52,962 nt of DNA. Source: an uncultured Slackia sp. Its GTDB lineage: Bacteria > Actinomycetota > Coriobacteriia > Coriobacteriales > Eggerthellaceae. The position numbers were made by a program, and so were the translations under genes. Position 1 is the stretch's first letter; every line of letters begins with the position of its first letter. Location: the NCBI GenBank assembly GCA_937895975.1, contig CALBLG010000210.1, positions 1 to 52,962 of the forward strand, written 5' to 3'. The notes beneath the pieces were generated by a model. It was not told where the DNA came from, made no database searches, and saw only the letters and a program-made list of their open reading frames with translations. This document shows, piece by piece, positions 18,786 to 28,792 of the stretch.

Positions 18786-18956
18786 GGTTCGTCCGAGGGC
18801 TGTCGGCCCGAGGAACCCCGCCGGGGTCGTCTGCGCTCAAACTTGCCCTTCATTCAAAAGCTAAGCGCAGCCAGTCGAGCGCATAGTGAGCAGAGCGAAC
18901 GGTAGCGAGACGTGGCCCCGGCGGGGTCCCTCGGGCCGACAGCCCTCGGACGAACC
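18786..18956 (+). repeat. Structured repeat copy C (core 18825-18917 inside ~43-bp inverted arms)
   Basis: Arms ggttcgtccgagggctgtcggcccgagg / cctcgggccgacagccctcggacgaacc; core aligns with copies A and B. Confidence 0.85.
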
Positions 18957-19075
18957 AAGCGTCAGGAAAGTCTGAGTCAAAGCGACAAAATACGAAATAC
19001 TCCCGTTCTTGCGATACCCCTTCCCCAGCTCGATACGTACAATTCCGTTCTGCATAAAGCACTACGGAGGTTTTC

Positions 19076-20362
19076 ATGGCTGCGAGCAACACAGAATCGG
19101 GGTATAGGGCGCTGTTCAAAACGCGCTACGTTCCATCGATTGCCGTCTCTATGGCATTCGCCCGCCTTCCCACAGGAGTAACCACCATTGTTTTGGTGCT
19201 GTTCGTAAGCCAGTTCTACGGCGCTGCGGTCTCGGGCATCGCTACGGCGGCCTTCACGGCAGGCATGGCAGTGTTCGGCCCGCTGTTTGGCCGCGTGGTT
19301 GACAGGGGGCATGGGCCAGCCGTGCTCCGTATTTTGGCCCTTTCGCAAATGGCGGCCATGTTTGCGCTTGTCGGAGGCGTTGTCGGAGGGCTTTCTTCCG
19401 CGCTTGCCATTGCCGCATCGTTTCTGTGCGGCGCGCTTATGCCGCCAATCGCCGGCGTCACGCGATCGTTGTGGCCAACCATGCTCGATGCGCGGCTTGT
19501 CCCTACAGCATACAATTTCGAAGTGCTTATCGTTGATGCGCTCTATGTGACCGGCCCCCTGCTCGCAAGCATCTTCGTTGCGTTCAACGTGCCCGAATGG
19601 GGGCTCTTGTTCACCACGGCCGGATCGATGGCCGGCTCGCTTGCCCTGGCCGGTCTGAAACCCGTCAACGAACACGCCAAGTTGAATCGCGAGCGCATCG
19701 GACGCGAGGGCCTGCACGCGGAAAAGGCTGCCGTTGCCGACGACGAAGGCAACGCCCCCGTCGCAAAAGCCGCCTTGCTTACGCTGCCTGTTGCGCTGCT
19801 TCTGGCCGCCCCACTGACAAAATTCTGCTATAGCGGTTGGGTTGAAACGCTGTACCCCCTGTATTACTCAGACATGGGCAACGCGGCGCTTTCGAGCATC
19901 GCGATTTCCGTCTGGTCGATTGGGTCGTGCGTGGGCGTGCTGCTCTTCGCGCGGCTGCAACCGCCTGCGCGACGCATATCGCGGCCACGCCAGCTGGCCA
20001 TCTTCACGGCTGGATTCGTGGCAACCACGCTGCTCACGTCAATCGGGTTGGACAATATCGTGGTGATGTGCGTGGCGATTTTCATCATCGGCGCGGCAGC
20101 CGCGCCTGGCGACAACCTGTATTACCAGCTTGCAGGAGAGCTCGCACCGCAGGAACGCCAAGCCGAAATGTTTTCGTGGCTCAACACCTGCACGAGCATC
20201 GGCTTTGCCGCAGGCGCATTTTTCGCCGGCGTTTCGGCCGAAACGTGCGGATGGCTCGCCGCCTTCATGCTGCCGAGCCTGTGCGCATTCGCGTCGTTTT
20301 GCGTTTGCTTCGCCCTAGCGATTGCCTGCAGAAAGCGCACAAACGCGCCGCATAACGCCTGA
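19076..20362 (+). CDS. MFS transporter
   Basis: About 12 hydrophobic segments, motif A 'GRVVDRGH'; GGAGG RBS. Confidence 0.85.
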   Translation: MAASNTESGYRALFKTRYVPSIAVSMAFARLPTGVTTIVLVLFVSQFYGAAVSGIATAAFTAGMAVFGPLFGRVVDRGHGPAVLRILALSQMAAMFALVGGVVGGLSSALAIAASFLCGALMPPIAGVTRSLWPTMLDARLVPTAYNFEVLIVDALYVTGPLLASIFVAFNVPEWGLLFTTAGSMAGSLALAGLKPVNEHAKLNRERIGREGLHAEKAAVADDEGNAPVAKAALLTLPVALLLAAPLTKFCYSGWVETLYPLYYSDMGNAALSSIAISVWSIGSCVGVLLFARLQPPARRISRPRQLAIFTAGFVATTLLTSIGLDNIVVMCVAIFIIGAAAAPGDNLYYQLAGELAPQERQAEMFSWLNTCTSIGFAAGAFFAGVSAETCGWLAAFMLPSLCAFASFCVCFALAIACRKRTNAPHNA

Positions 20363-20403
20363 CCAATAGTTTCTAGATGTTCCTATTGTCAGCAATCAGG
20401 CGA

Positions 20404-21159
20404 TTACCGTACGCGGCGCCAGCGAGTAAAGCGTCGTTCGGCGATATCGAACAGCTCGTACAGAATAACACCGAGCACAGCCATGGCTATGATGCCCGCG
20501 AACATCTTCGGATAGGCGAGCAGCGCCCACGCGTTCACGATGAAATAGCCCAGGCCTGTGGAGCCCGCAATGCCCTCGGCGAAAAACAGGATGGCCACCG
20601 CCGTGCCGCTGGAAATTCGCAGAGCCGTGAACAGCTCGGGCAGCGTTGCGGGAATGATGGCATGGCGATAGATATCCAAGCGGTTCGCACCGAGCGAGCG
20701 CATGGACAGAATGCTTTCCTCGGGCACGCTTTTCGCCGCATCGCGTACCGTAACCAATACCTGGAAGAATACGGTAATGGCTATAAGCACGATTTTCGGC
20801 GCATCCGCCAAGCCGAGCAGCACGATAAGCACCGGCAGCAGCACGACCTTCGGCAGCGGATAGAGGAAGTACAAGATGGGGGCGAATACCGCATCGGCGC
20901 GCGGCGAGCGCCCGCAAGCCAAGCCGAGAGGAATGGCGAGCACGGTGCCGATGGCCATAGCCACAACCACTCGATACAGGCTTACGAGGAACGCCGGCCA
21001 CAACTCGCCGAAATACTGCGCAACCATGGGAAACGCGTCGAACGGGCCCGGCAAAACGGAATTGCTCACGGCCATGGCGGTGAGCTGCCACCCAGCGAGT
21101 ATCACCACGATGGCGAACACGTAGCCGAGAACGCGGCGGGCAACGATATTCTTAGGCAT
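20404..21159 (-). CDS. NitT/TauT-type ABC transporter permease
   Basis: 'YPLPKVVLLP', EAA-like 'SMRSLGANR', 'IPATLPELFTALRI'; GGAGG RBS before ATG 21159. Confidence 0.85.
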   Translation of the reverse strand: MPKNIVARRVLGYVFAIVVILAGWQLTAMAVSNSVLPGPFDAFPMVAQYFGELWPAFLVSLYRVVVAMAIGTVLAIPLGLACGRSPRADAVFAPILYFLYPLPKVVLLPVLIVLLGLADAPKIVLIAITVFFQVLVTVRDAAKSVPEESILSMRSLGANRLDIYRHAIIPATLPELFTALRISSGTAVAILFFAEGIAGSTGLGYFIVNAWALLAYPKMFAGIIAMAVLGVILYELFDIAERRFTRWRRVR

Positions 21160-21946
21160 GGCGCGCCTCCCCACGTTCGCTTTGGCCCGAAGCAACGCAG
21201 CGAAGCATCTCGCGCAAAGCGCGGCACCGATCGAAGAACAACGCATCGTCGCGCCAATCCTCGCGGAGCATTTCGAAGTTATCCACGACATGCGTCACGC
21301 GGCCGGGACGCGGCGACATAACCACGATACGCTGGCCAAGATACACGGCCTCTTCAATGGAATGCGTCACCAGCACTTGCGCATAGCCTTGCTCGCGCCA
21401 CGTGCGCTTCAGCATGTCTTGCATTTCTTCGCGCAGCAGCGCATCGAGCGCCGAAAGGGGTTCGTCCATCAACAGCAAATCGGCATCGCACGTCAACGCG
21501 CGAGCCATGGCGAGCCGCTGGCGCATGCCGCCCGAAAGCTCGGCGGGATACGCATTCGCAAAATCGGCCAGACCAACCTTCGCCAGCGCGTCGGCAACGC
21601 GGGCAACGCGATCGCGTTTCGGGACGCGTCGCACCTGCAGGCCCAACCCCGCGTTTTCGGCTGCGGTTTTCCATGGCAGCAGGCCGAAATCCTGCAAAAT
21701 GAGCGCAGTGTTCAATCGCGGGCCCTCCACGGGTTGGCCATCGACAAAGGCAGCGCCGCTCGTAGGCATGCGCAAACCCGCCGCAACAAGCAGGCTGGTC
21801 GACTTGCCGCAGCCCGATGGGCCCAAAATGGCAATGGCCTCACCCGAGGCCACGTCAATATTCATATTCTCAAGCGCGCACGTTTCGCCGCGCGCGCCTT
21901 CATAGACCTGCGAAACCCCCTGCAGGCGCAGTTTCGGCTCCCCCAT
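21152..21946 (-). CDS. NitT/TauT-type ABC transporter ATP-binding protein
   Basis: GPSGCGKST, 'LLPWKT', LSGGMRQR, 'VTHSIEEAVYLG'. Confidence 0.88.
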   Translation of the reverse strand: MGEPKLRLQGVSQVYEGARGETCALENMNIDVASGEAIAILGPSGCGKSTSLLVAAGLRMPTSGAAFVDGQPVEGPRLNTALILQDFGLLPWKTAAENAGLGLQVRRVPKRDRVARVADALAKVGLADFANAYPAELSGGMRQRLAMARALTCDADLLLMDEPLSALDALLREEMQDMLKRTWREQGYAQVLVTHSIEEAVYLGQRIVVMSPRPGRVTHVVDNFEMLREDWRDDALFFDRCRALREMLRCVASGQSERGEARHA

Positions 21947-21955
21947 GAATGACCC

Positions 21956-23428
21956 CTATTCTTGCGAGCCCTTGATTCGGCGATTCAGCTTGCGAAGCTC
22001 CACAAGCACAAACGCGCCAACAGTGAAAATGGCCAGGAAGTCGGCGAACGGCACGGCCATGTACACCGCATCGAGGCCGTCGATGCTCGTGATGATGTTC
22101 GGCAGCACTTCGGGCAGAATCAGCGTCAACGGAACTAGGAACAGAATCTGGCGCGTCATGGACAGGATAATGCTCTTCGTGGGCTGGCCCGTAGCCTGGA
22201 AGTAGTTCGATCCGACGATTTGGAAACCGATGATCGGCAGGAAGATGAGGTTCACGCGCAAGGCGAAAGCCGCCAAATCGACCAAAGCCGGATCGGTAAT
22301 GCCGAAAAAGCCAATAATCTGGCGCGCGAACAGCATAACCACGACCCACAGCACCGTGCCGACAATCGTGGCGCCGGCCATGCCCGTGGCCAGCGTGGTT
22401 TTCACGCGCTTCCACAGCTTAGCGCCGTAGTTGAAGCCCAGAAGCGGCTGCACCGCAATCGACATGCCGATAAGCGGCAGAATCGTGAACATGGCAACAC
22501 GGCCAACAACGCCCACGGCGGCCAAAGCGTTATCGGCGCCAATCGGGTCCATCGCGCCGTATTTCACCAGCGCGTAGTTCGTCACGACCTGCGACACGGC
22601 AGCGCCAATCTGCAGCACGAACGACGCCGTGCCCAACGCGAGAATCTTCGTGACCAGCTTGCCGGCCAGTCGCAGATACTTGCCGCGCAAACGCAGCGGC
22701 ACACCCGGGGTCTTCGTGAAATACCACACCACGGTAATGCAGCTGATGAGCTGGCCGCACACCGTCGCCCACGCGCTGCCGGCAACGCCCATGCCCAAGC
22801 CCATAACGAAAATAGCATTGAAAATCGTGCAGCCCACCGCGCCGATGAGCATGGTAAGGAACGCGCGATTCGGCGCGCCGCACGTACGAATGAAATTATT
22901 GATGCCCATGCCGACGATTTGGAATACGCAGCCCAAGCTGATGATTTGGATGAATTCACGCGCATACGGGCGGACGGTGTCTGTCGCAGACGAAATCGAC
23001 AGCAACGGCTCGATGAAAGCGGGAATGTGCGCAAGCACCGCCAGCAGCAGCGAAACCAGCACGCCCAGCGTGAACGTGTTACCCAGCACATGCTCGGCCT
23101 CGTCGTGCTCGCCTTCGCCCAAACGCAACGCGCACAGCGCGTTGCCGCCCGCACCGATGAGCATGGAAAGAGCCATGAACACCGTCATGATGGGCGTGGC
23201 CACGCTCACGGCCGACAGGCCGATTTCTCCCGCGCCATGGCCCAAGAACACCGAGTCGATGATATTGTACGCACCATTCACCACCATGCCCAAAATGGCC
23301 GGAATGGCGAACTCCACCACAAGCTTCGGAATATTGCCCGAACCCATGCGCGTTACGCGCGCGCTTTCGGCCTTCTGCTTTTGCGGCTGATGCTCGACCG
23401 ACTCGGAAATCGTCTTGTTTTCAGTCAT
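21956..23428 (-). CDS. MATE family efflux transporter (MepA-like)
   Basis: 'FAIPAILGM..YNIIDSVFLG', 'QPLLGFNYGA', about 12 TM. Confidence 0.9.
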   Translation of the reverse strand: MTENKTISESVEHQPQKQKAESARVTRMGSGNIPKLVVEFAIPAILGMVVNGAYNIIDSVFLGHGAGEIGLSAVSVATPIMTVFMALSMLIGAGGNALCALRLGEGEHDEAEHVLGNTFTLGVLVSLLLAVLAHIPAFIEPLLSISSATDTVRPYAREFIQIISLGCVFQIVGMGINNFIRTCGAPNRAFLTMLIGAVGCTIFNAIFVMGLGMGVAGSAWATVCGQLISCITVVWYFTKTPGVPLRLRGKYLRLAGKLVTKILALGTASFVLQIGAAVSQVVTNYALVKYGAMDPIGADNALAAVGVVGRVAMFTILPLIGMSIAVQPLLGFNYGAKLWKRVKTTLATGMAGATIVGTVLWVVVMLFARQIIGFFGITDPALVDLAAFALRVNLIFLPIIGFQIVGSNYFQATGQPTKSIILSMTRQILFLVPLTLILPEVLPNIITSIDGLDAVYMAVPFADFLAIFTVGAFVLVELRKLNRRIKGSQE

Positions 23429-23439
23429 CCATATCCTTC

Positions 23440-24042
23440 TTACATATGTTCGCATTCAATTGCGGAAAGTTCCAAATCGATGGCGCCCAGCAAGCCCTGC
23501 ATAACGGCGTCGATGTACTGCACGCGCAGAAGCGAATTTGCCAGCGCATGCTTCAACGGCAACGAGCGCGATTCATCATCGCCAAGCTCGCTTACGTAGG
23601 CGGCCACGTTGCGGCCGTCGGTCGTGATGCCGCCTTCGGGGCGAAACACGTTCAGCCCAACGCCCAGCACCACTTTGCCGTCCTTCGCATCGAGCGACAT
23701 GCCGCACAGCTTGCCTGCCTCGCACACCACATCGTTGGGCGCCTTCACCCATACCGCGTCTTGGTCCACGCCAGCCATCTGGCGCACGATGCGTGCCACG
23801 GCCTCGGCCAGGCGCGGGCTCATCGATGGAAATTCCTCTTCGGGAATGCGCGGCTGCAGCAAAATCGAGAAATACAGGCCGCCCTCGGGGCTTACCCACA
23901 CGCGCGTCTTCCACTGGCCATAGCCAGCCTCTTGGCGCAGCGCGCGCACGACGACTCCCGCATGCGCGCCATGGTTCGCCAACTCCCACACGTCATCGTT
24001 GGTGGAGCCCGTCACGTCTTTATAGATAATGTCGAAGTTCAT
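23440..24042 (-). CDS. birA: Biotin-protein ligase family catalytic domain (short, divergent BirA-like)
   Basis: 'GSTND', 'Q.AGYG', 'W.SP.GGLYFS', 'K.PND', 'K..G', 'GVGLN'. Confidence 0.7.
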   Translation of the reverse strand: MNFDIIYKDVTGSTNDDVWELANHGAHAGVVVRALRQEAGYGQWKTRVWVSPEGGLYFSILLQPRIPEEEFPSMSPRLAEAVARIVRQMAGVDQDAVWVKAPNDVVCEAGKLCGMSLDAKDGKVVLGVGLNVFRPEGGITTDGRNVAAYVSELGDDESRSLPLKHALANSLLRVQYIDAVMQGLLGAIDLELSAIECEHM

Positions 24043-24221
24043 GTGATTCCTCTAGCGTCAATCGTCATCGGTGTAGGCCAGCAACCCGCAAATTCGCATC
24101 TTGCCAGCGGAAATGCCCCTTGAAGCCTAGCAAACGAGCATGGGCTTCCGGTGAAGTCTCCGCGCCAATCAGCTGGTTGTGGGCATCGCCGATAAATGAC
24201 GCCTGTCCAAAGGCCTAGAGC

Positions 24222-25529
24222 CTATAGTTTCGTCGCCTTGCCGTACGTCGCGCCCTCGGCAGTGACGATCGTGCCATCGGCCAGAATATGATGGGGCAGC
24301 AATTCCAGAAGCGGCTTCACCACGAAATCGCGCTCGCACACACGAGGGTGGGGCAGCGTGAGCTCGTCGGTTTCGCCAACATACATCTGATAATCCAGAA
24401 TGTCCAAGTCGAGTGTACGCGGCCCGTTCTCGATTTCGCGCACGCGACCGAGGCTGTTTTCAATGGCGTGCAAGTACTTCAGCAGCTCTTTCGGCGGCAC
24501 GCCCGTGCGCAGCAGCACCACGGCGTTCACGAACGTATCCTGGTCCTCGTAATAGGCGGGCTCGCTTTCGTAATAGCTGGAAATATCGACGATCTGCGTG
24601 TCGGGAATAGAGCACAGGCCGGTAATAGCCTGCTGGAGGTTCGCGATTTTGCCTTCGGTCTCTTCGCCGGGATTTGCCACCAGGGCCACATTCGAACCCA
24701 AGCCCAAAAGCACGTAAGGACGCAGATTTTTCAGCGCCTTCATAGTTTCAGGCACATTGTGCGCGCGCACGATCGACGCGCCCAACTCGCACGCCATAAG
24801 CGCCTCTTGCGCCGACGCCTCGTCGCGATCAGCCGGAACGTCGATGCCATACGCCGAACCAATGTAGCTTTTGCGCGACACAGCGACCATGGTGGGGTAA
24901 CCCAGGCGATTGAACTCGTGGAAGTTGCGCATGAGTTCCATGGTTTGGCTAGCGGTTTTGCCAAAACCCGGGCCCGGGTCTACGCAGATGCGCTCGCGCG
25001 CGACGCCGACCGCCTCGAGCATTGCAGCCTGCTTGCCCAGATAGTCTTTCACTTCAGAAACTACGTCGACATACTGAGGGTCGTTTTGCATGGTGGCAGG
25101 TTCGCCCAGCATGTGCATCACGACAACGCCCGCATCGCAGTTCGCGACCACTTCGACCATCGCAGGGTCGCGGAATCCCGTCACGTCGTTGATGATGGCG
25201 GCGCCCGCCTCGACGCACGCACGCGCCACCTCAGCATGGCGGGTGTCGATGCTCACGCACATGCCCAAATCGGCAAGTTGACGCACCACGTCGAGTGTGC
25301 GCGAAAGCTCTTCTTCGACCGATACCTCGGCCGAACCGGGGCGGGTAGACTCGCCGCCCACGTCGATAATTTGCGCGCCGTCTTCGGCCATCTGACGGGC
25401 GAACGCCACCGCATCGGCGAATTCGTTATGCTGGCCGCCATCGCTGAACGAATCGGGCGTCACATTCAGAATGCCCATCACAACCGGGCGAGTGGAATCG
25501 AATTCGAACTTCCCGCACTTCCACATCAT
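24222..25529 (-). CDS. folP: Dihydropteroate synthase fused to C-terminal HPPK (FolP-FolK)
   Basis: N-terminal 'MGILNVTPDSFSDGG', 'GGESTRPG', 'DPGPGFGK', 'SRKS'; C-terminal 'LGLGSN', 'GPRTLDLDIL', 'LPHPR..ERDFV'. Confidence 0.93.
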   Translation of the reverse strand: MMWKCGKFEFDSTRPVVMGILNVTPDSFSDGGQHNEFADAVAFARQMAEDGAQIIDVGGESTRPGSAEVSVEEELSRTLDVVRQLADLGMCVSIDTRHAEVARACVEAGAAIINDVTGFRDPAMVEVVANCDAGVVVMHMLGEPATMQNDPQYVDVVSEVKDYLGKQAAMLEAVGVARERICVDPGPGFGKTASQTMELMRNFHEFNRLGYPTMVAVSRKSYIGSAYGIDVPADRDEASAQEALMACELGASIVRAHNVPETMKALKNLRPYVLLGLGSNVALVANPGEETEGKIANLQQAITGLCSIPDTQIVDISSYYESEPAYYEDQDTFVNAVVLLRTGVPPKELLKYLHAIENSLGRVREIENGPRTLDLDILDYQMYVGETDELTLPHPRVCERDFVVKPLLELLPHHILADGTIVTAEGATYGKATKL

Positions 25530-25674
25530 GCTCGATCACTTCCCTCTTTTCGAAGGCGGCGCAACAAAAAAGCCACACCGCCGCTTTGTCCGAAACACAC
25601 AGGAACGCGTCCCCCGGCTTGTGCGCGGAAGACGCGTTCCCCTTGATATTGCAATCGCCCCTTGCGGGTTGCGA

Positions 25675-27966
25675 CTATTCCCCAGCAGGCTCCTGCTTGC
25701 CGACAGGCTCCACGAGCGTGAACTCGTCGGTTTCGACGATTTCTCCCGCGGCCTCTTTCGCGGCATACTCGGCCCACGTGTCGTTCAACAGCGCTTCGCA
25801 TGCAGCGCCGTCAACCGTCTCGCGCTCAAGCAGAACCTCGGCCATGGTGTTCATCTGACTGGCGCGCTCGGAAAGGATCTTGTACGCGGTGTCGTGCGCC
25901 TGCTTCATAAGGCGAGCGACTTCCTCGTCGATGCGCTGAGCGGTTTCCGGCGAGTAGTCTTGCGTGTTGCCATAATCGCGGCCCAAGAACACCTCGTGGT
26001 TCGGCTGGCCGAACGTCTGTTGTCCAAGCGCATCGGACATGCCGTAGTTCACGACCATCTGGCGAGCCATCTTCGTGGCGCGCTCCAAGTCGTTGCTGGC
26101 GCCGGTGGTGATGTCGCCGCAGAAGATTTCCTCGGCAACGCGGCCGCCCAAGAACACGGCCAGCTCGTCGTACATCTCGTTGCGGCTCACCAGGAACTTG
26201 TCCTCGTCGGGAATGGACATGGTGTAGCCCAGAGCCCTGCCGCGCGGCACGATGGTGATCTTGTGCACCGGGTCGGCGTTCGGCAGCAAATGACCGACGA
26301 GCGCATGGCCCGACTCGTGGAACGCGATGGTGCGACGGGTTTTCTCGTTCATCACGCGGTTCTTGCGCTCGGGGCCCGCCATCAGGCGTTCCATGGATTC
26401 GTTGACCTCGGCCATGGAAATCTGCTTCTTGTTGCGGCGTGCGGTAAGCAGGGCGGCCTCGTTCATGAGATTCATCAAATCGGCGCCCGTCATGCCGCTC
26501 GTGAGCTTGGCGATGCGGGGCAGGTCGACGTCGGGACCAACCGGCTTGTTCTTCGCATGCACGGCAAGAATCTTCTCGCGGCCGCGAACGTCGGGCGCGT
26601 CAACCACGATCTGGCGATCGAAACGGCCCGGACGAAGCAACGCCGGGTCAAGCACATCGACGCGGTTGGTCGCGGCGATAAGCACCACGGCCTCGTTCTT
26701 CTCGAAGCCGTCCATCTCGACGAGCAGCTGGTTCAGCGTTTGCTCGCGCTCGTCGTGGCCGCCGCCCAAGCCGGCACCGCGCTGACGGCCCACGGCGTCG
26801 ATCTCGTCGATGAAGATGATCGACGGAGCCGCTTCCTTGGCGTGCTTGAACAGGTCGCGCACGCGGCTCGCGCCCACGCCCACGAACATCTCGACGAATT
26901 CGGAGCCCGAGATGCTGAAGAACGGCACCTGCGCCTCGCCGGCAACCGCGCGGGCGAGCAGCGTTTTGCCCGTGCCCGGAGGGCCAACCAACAGGCAGCC
27001 GCGCGGAATCTTCGCGCCCAGGTCTTGGTACTTCTTCGGATTGGTAAGGAAGTCTTTGATTTCCTGCAGCTCTTCAACGGCCTCGTCTTCGCCGGCAACG
27101 TCATCGAACTTCACATCGGGGTGTTCCTCGACGTATTCCTTCGCCTTGGCCTTGCCGAACGACATCTGCGAATTGTTCGCCTTGTTCATCTGGCTGAAGA
27201 AGAAGATCATCACCACGGTAATGATGATGACCGGCAGCAGGCTCACCAAAATATCGCTGAAGCCATCGGGCAATTTCACCTGGTACTGCACGTCGGGGTG
27301 GCTCTTCAAGAGTTGCATGAGCGAATCTTGGCCGACGTAGGTGGAGGTGTAGTTGCGCGGCGTGCCGACCGTCTGCTCGGAAAGCTCGGTGGTCTCGACC
27401 GTGGGGGCATCGGTGCCAAGCGCCGACTGCACCTGGGCATTCAGGGCCTCGAATGCGGAATTGTATGCATCGGAGGCCGTGGAGCCCGCTGTCGCGGCCG
27501 GGTAGTACGTGCCCGTTACGGTATAGCTGCCAGCATCGTAGACCACGTTCTGCACGCGGTCTTGCTCGACGGCCTGCACGAATTCAGACGTGATGAGCGT
27601 GTCGGTTTCGCTGGAGTTCATCATCGACATCATCTGGCTGCCGATGAACAGCGCCACCACGAAGAACAGGATGGCCGAAATGATGCTCACGCGCTGCGGC
27701 GGGCGAGACATCATCTGCTTGGCGTCTTTCGGGTCGATGTTGAACATCGAAGAATTGCGCTGGCCCTGGCTGCCGCCGTTTTGTTGCGGCTGCTGGCCTT
27801 GCTGTTGCGGAACCTGGCCATAGGGGTTCGGCTGCTGGCCGGGCTGCTGCTGCGGCTGCTGGCCATACGGGGCCGGCTGCTGCGGCTGGCCTTGCTGCTG
27901 CGGCTGCGGAGCCGGCGGCACAGGCTGCTGGTTCTGGTTGTCGTTTTGGTTGGGTGTTTCGCTCAT
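25675..27966 (-). CDS. ftsH: ATP-dependent zinc metalloprotease FtsH
   Basis: GPPGTGKT, 'FIDEIDAVG', SRH '[10 protein letters not shown]', HESGH; ATG overlaps the hpt stop. Confidence 0.97.
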   Translation of the reverse strand: MSETPNQNDNQNQQPVPPAPQPQQQGQPQQPAPYGQQPQQQPGQQPNPYGQVPQQQGQQPQQNGGSQGQRNSSMFNIDPKDAKQMMSRPPQRVSIISAILFFVVALFIGSQMMSMMNSSETDTLITSEFVQAVEQDRVQNVVYDAGSYTVTGTYYPAATAGSTASDAYNSAFEALNAQVQSALGTDAPTVETTELSEQTVGTPRNYTSTYVGQDSLMQLLKSHPDVQYQVKLPDGFSDILVSLLPVIIITVVMIFFFSQMNKANNSQMSFGKAKAKEYVEEHPDVKFDDVAGEDEAVEELQEIKDFLTNPKKYQDLGAKIPRGCLLVGPPGTGKTLLARAVAGEAQVPFFSISGSEFVEMFVGVGASRVRDLFKHAKEAAPSIIFIDEIDAVGRQRGAGLGGGHDEREQTLNQLLVEMDGFEKNEAVVLIAATNRVDVLDPALLRPGRFDRQIVVDAPDVRGREKILAVHAKNKPVGPDVDLPRIAKLTSGMTGADLMNLMNEAALLTARRNKKQISMAEVNESMERLMAGPERKNRVMNEKTRRTIAFHESGHALVGHLLPNADPVHKITIVPRGRALGYTMSIPDEDKFLVSRNEMYDELAVFLGGRVAEEIFCGDITTGASNDLERATKMARQMVVNYGMSDALGQQTFGQPNHEVFLGRDYGNTQDYSPETAQRIDEEVARLMKQAHDTAYKILSERASQMNTMAEVLLERETVDGAACEALLNDTWAEYAAKEAAGEIVETDEFTLVEPVGKQEPAGE

Positions 27967-28574
27967 TATTTTCCTTGATACACTTCCGGCTTCAAAATGC
28001 CGATGTAGGGCAGGTTGCGATAGCGCTCGGCGTAATCCAAGCCATAGCCCACGATGAATGCGTCGGGGCATTCGAAGCCCACGTATTTGCAGTCGATTTC
28101 AGCTTGCTCGGGGTTCTTCTTCTTCAGAAGCGCCGCGATGGAAATCGAAGCGGGGTTGCGCGATTCCAGCACGCGAAGCAGGTACTTCAGCGTAAGGCCC
28201 GAATCCAAGATATCTTCCGCGATAATGACATGGCGACCTTCGATGTTAGACGTGAGGTCTTTCAGGATGCGCACGACGCCCGAGCTTTTCGTGCCCGTGC
28301 CGTACGAGGACACGGCCATGTAGTCCATCTCGAACGGCAAATCGATCTGGCGCGCAAGGTCGGACATGTAGATTGCCGCGCCGCGCAGCACGCTGACCAT
28401 TAGGATCGACGGATCGCCATGGGGCGTTTCGTCGAACGCGACATTGCGATAGTCTTCGGTAATTTGACGGCCGATTTCCGCAACGCGCTCGTGAATCATT
28501 TCCTCGCTATAGAGAACTTCCTCGACATCTGCGTCACCAAACGTGACGCTTGATTTTGAAGCGGCTGAAGCCAT
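27966..28574 (-). CDS. hpt: Hypoxanthine phosphoribosyltransferase
   Basis: 'VLRGA', 'SSYG', 'EDILDSGLTL', 'FIVGYGLDYAERYRNLPYI'. Confidence 0.95.
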   Translation of the reverse strand: MASAASKSSVTFGDADVEEVLYSEEMIHERVAEIGRQITEDYRNVAFDETPHGDPSILMVSVLRGAAIYMSDLARQIDLPFEMDYMAVSSYGTGTKSSGVVRILKDLTSNIEGRHVIIAEDILDSGLTLKYLLRVLESRNPASISIAALLKKKNPEQAEIDCKYVGFECPDAFIVGYGLDYAERYRNLPYIGILKPEVYQGK

Positions 28575-28792
28575 TCGGCCACCACACCCTCTCGCTCGAT
28601 TAAGACCTAAAGCTGCAGTTTAGCATCAGGGGCCGCGCCGCCAGCAACGATAAGGCAACGCCACAGTGAAAAACACGATTTCACGATGTCATGAACCGAA
28701 AGAGCAGCCGGATGGGCCAAAGGGATAAGCGCCTTGACCAACCGAGAACCCACCGCAAAGGGGCCCGCAGCAGCGAGCCCCTTGTCGAACGC

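Noticed and set aside
24055..24202. Weak long-range inverted complementarity between folP and birA
   Set aside because: Too degenerate to call by eye; no match to the other repeat families
25471..27978. 835-aa plus-strand ORF, and similar long ORFs at 9238-11166, 13078-14775, 14871-17030, 31212-33047, 39627-41477 and 41549-43426
   Set aside because: Antisense shadows of well-supported genes, expected in high-GC DNA; no recognisable motifs
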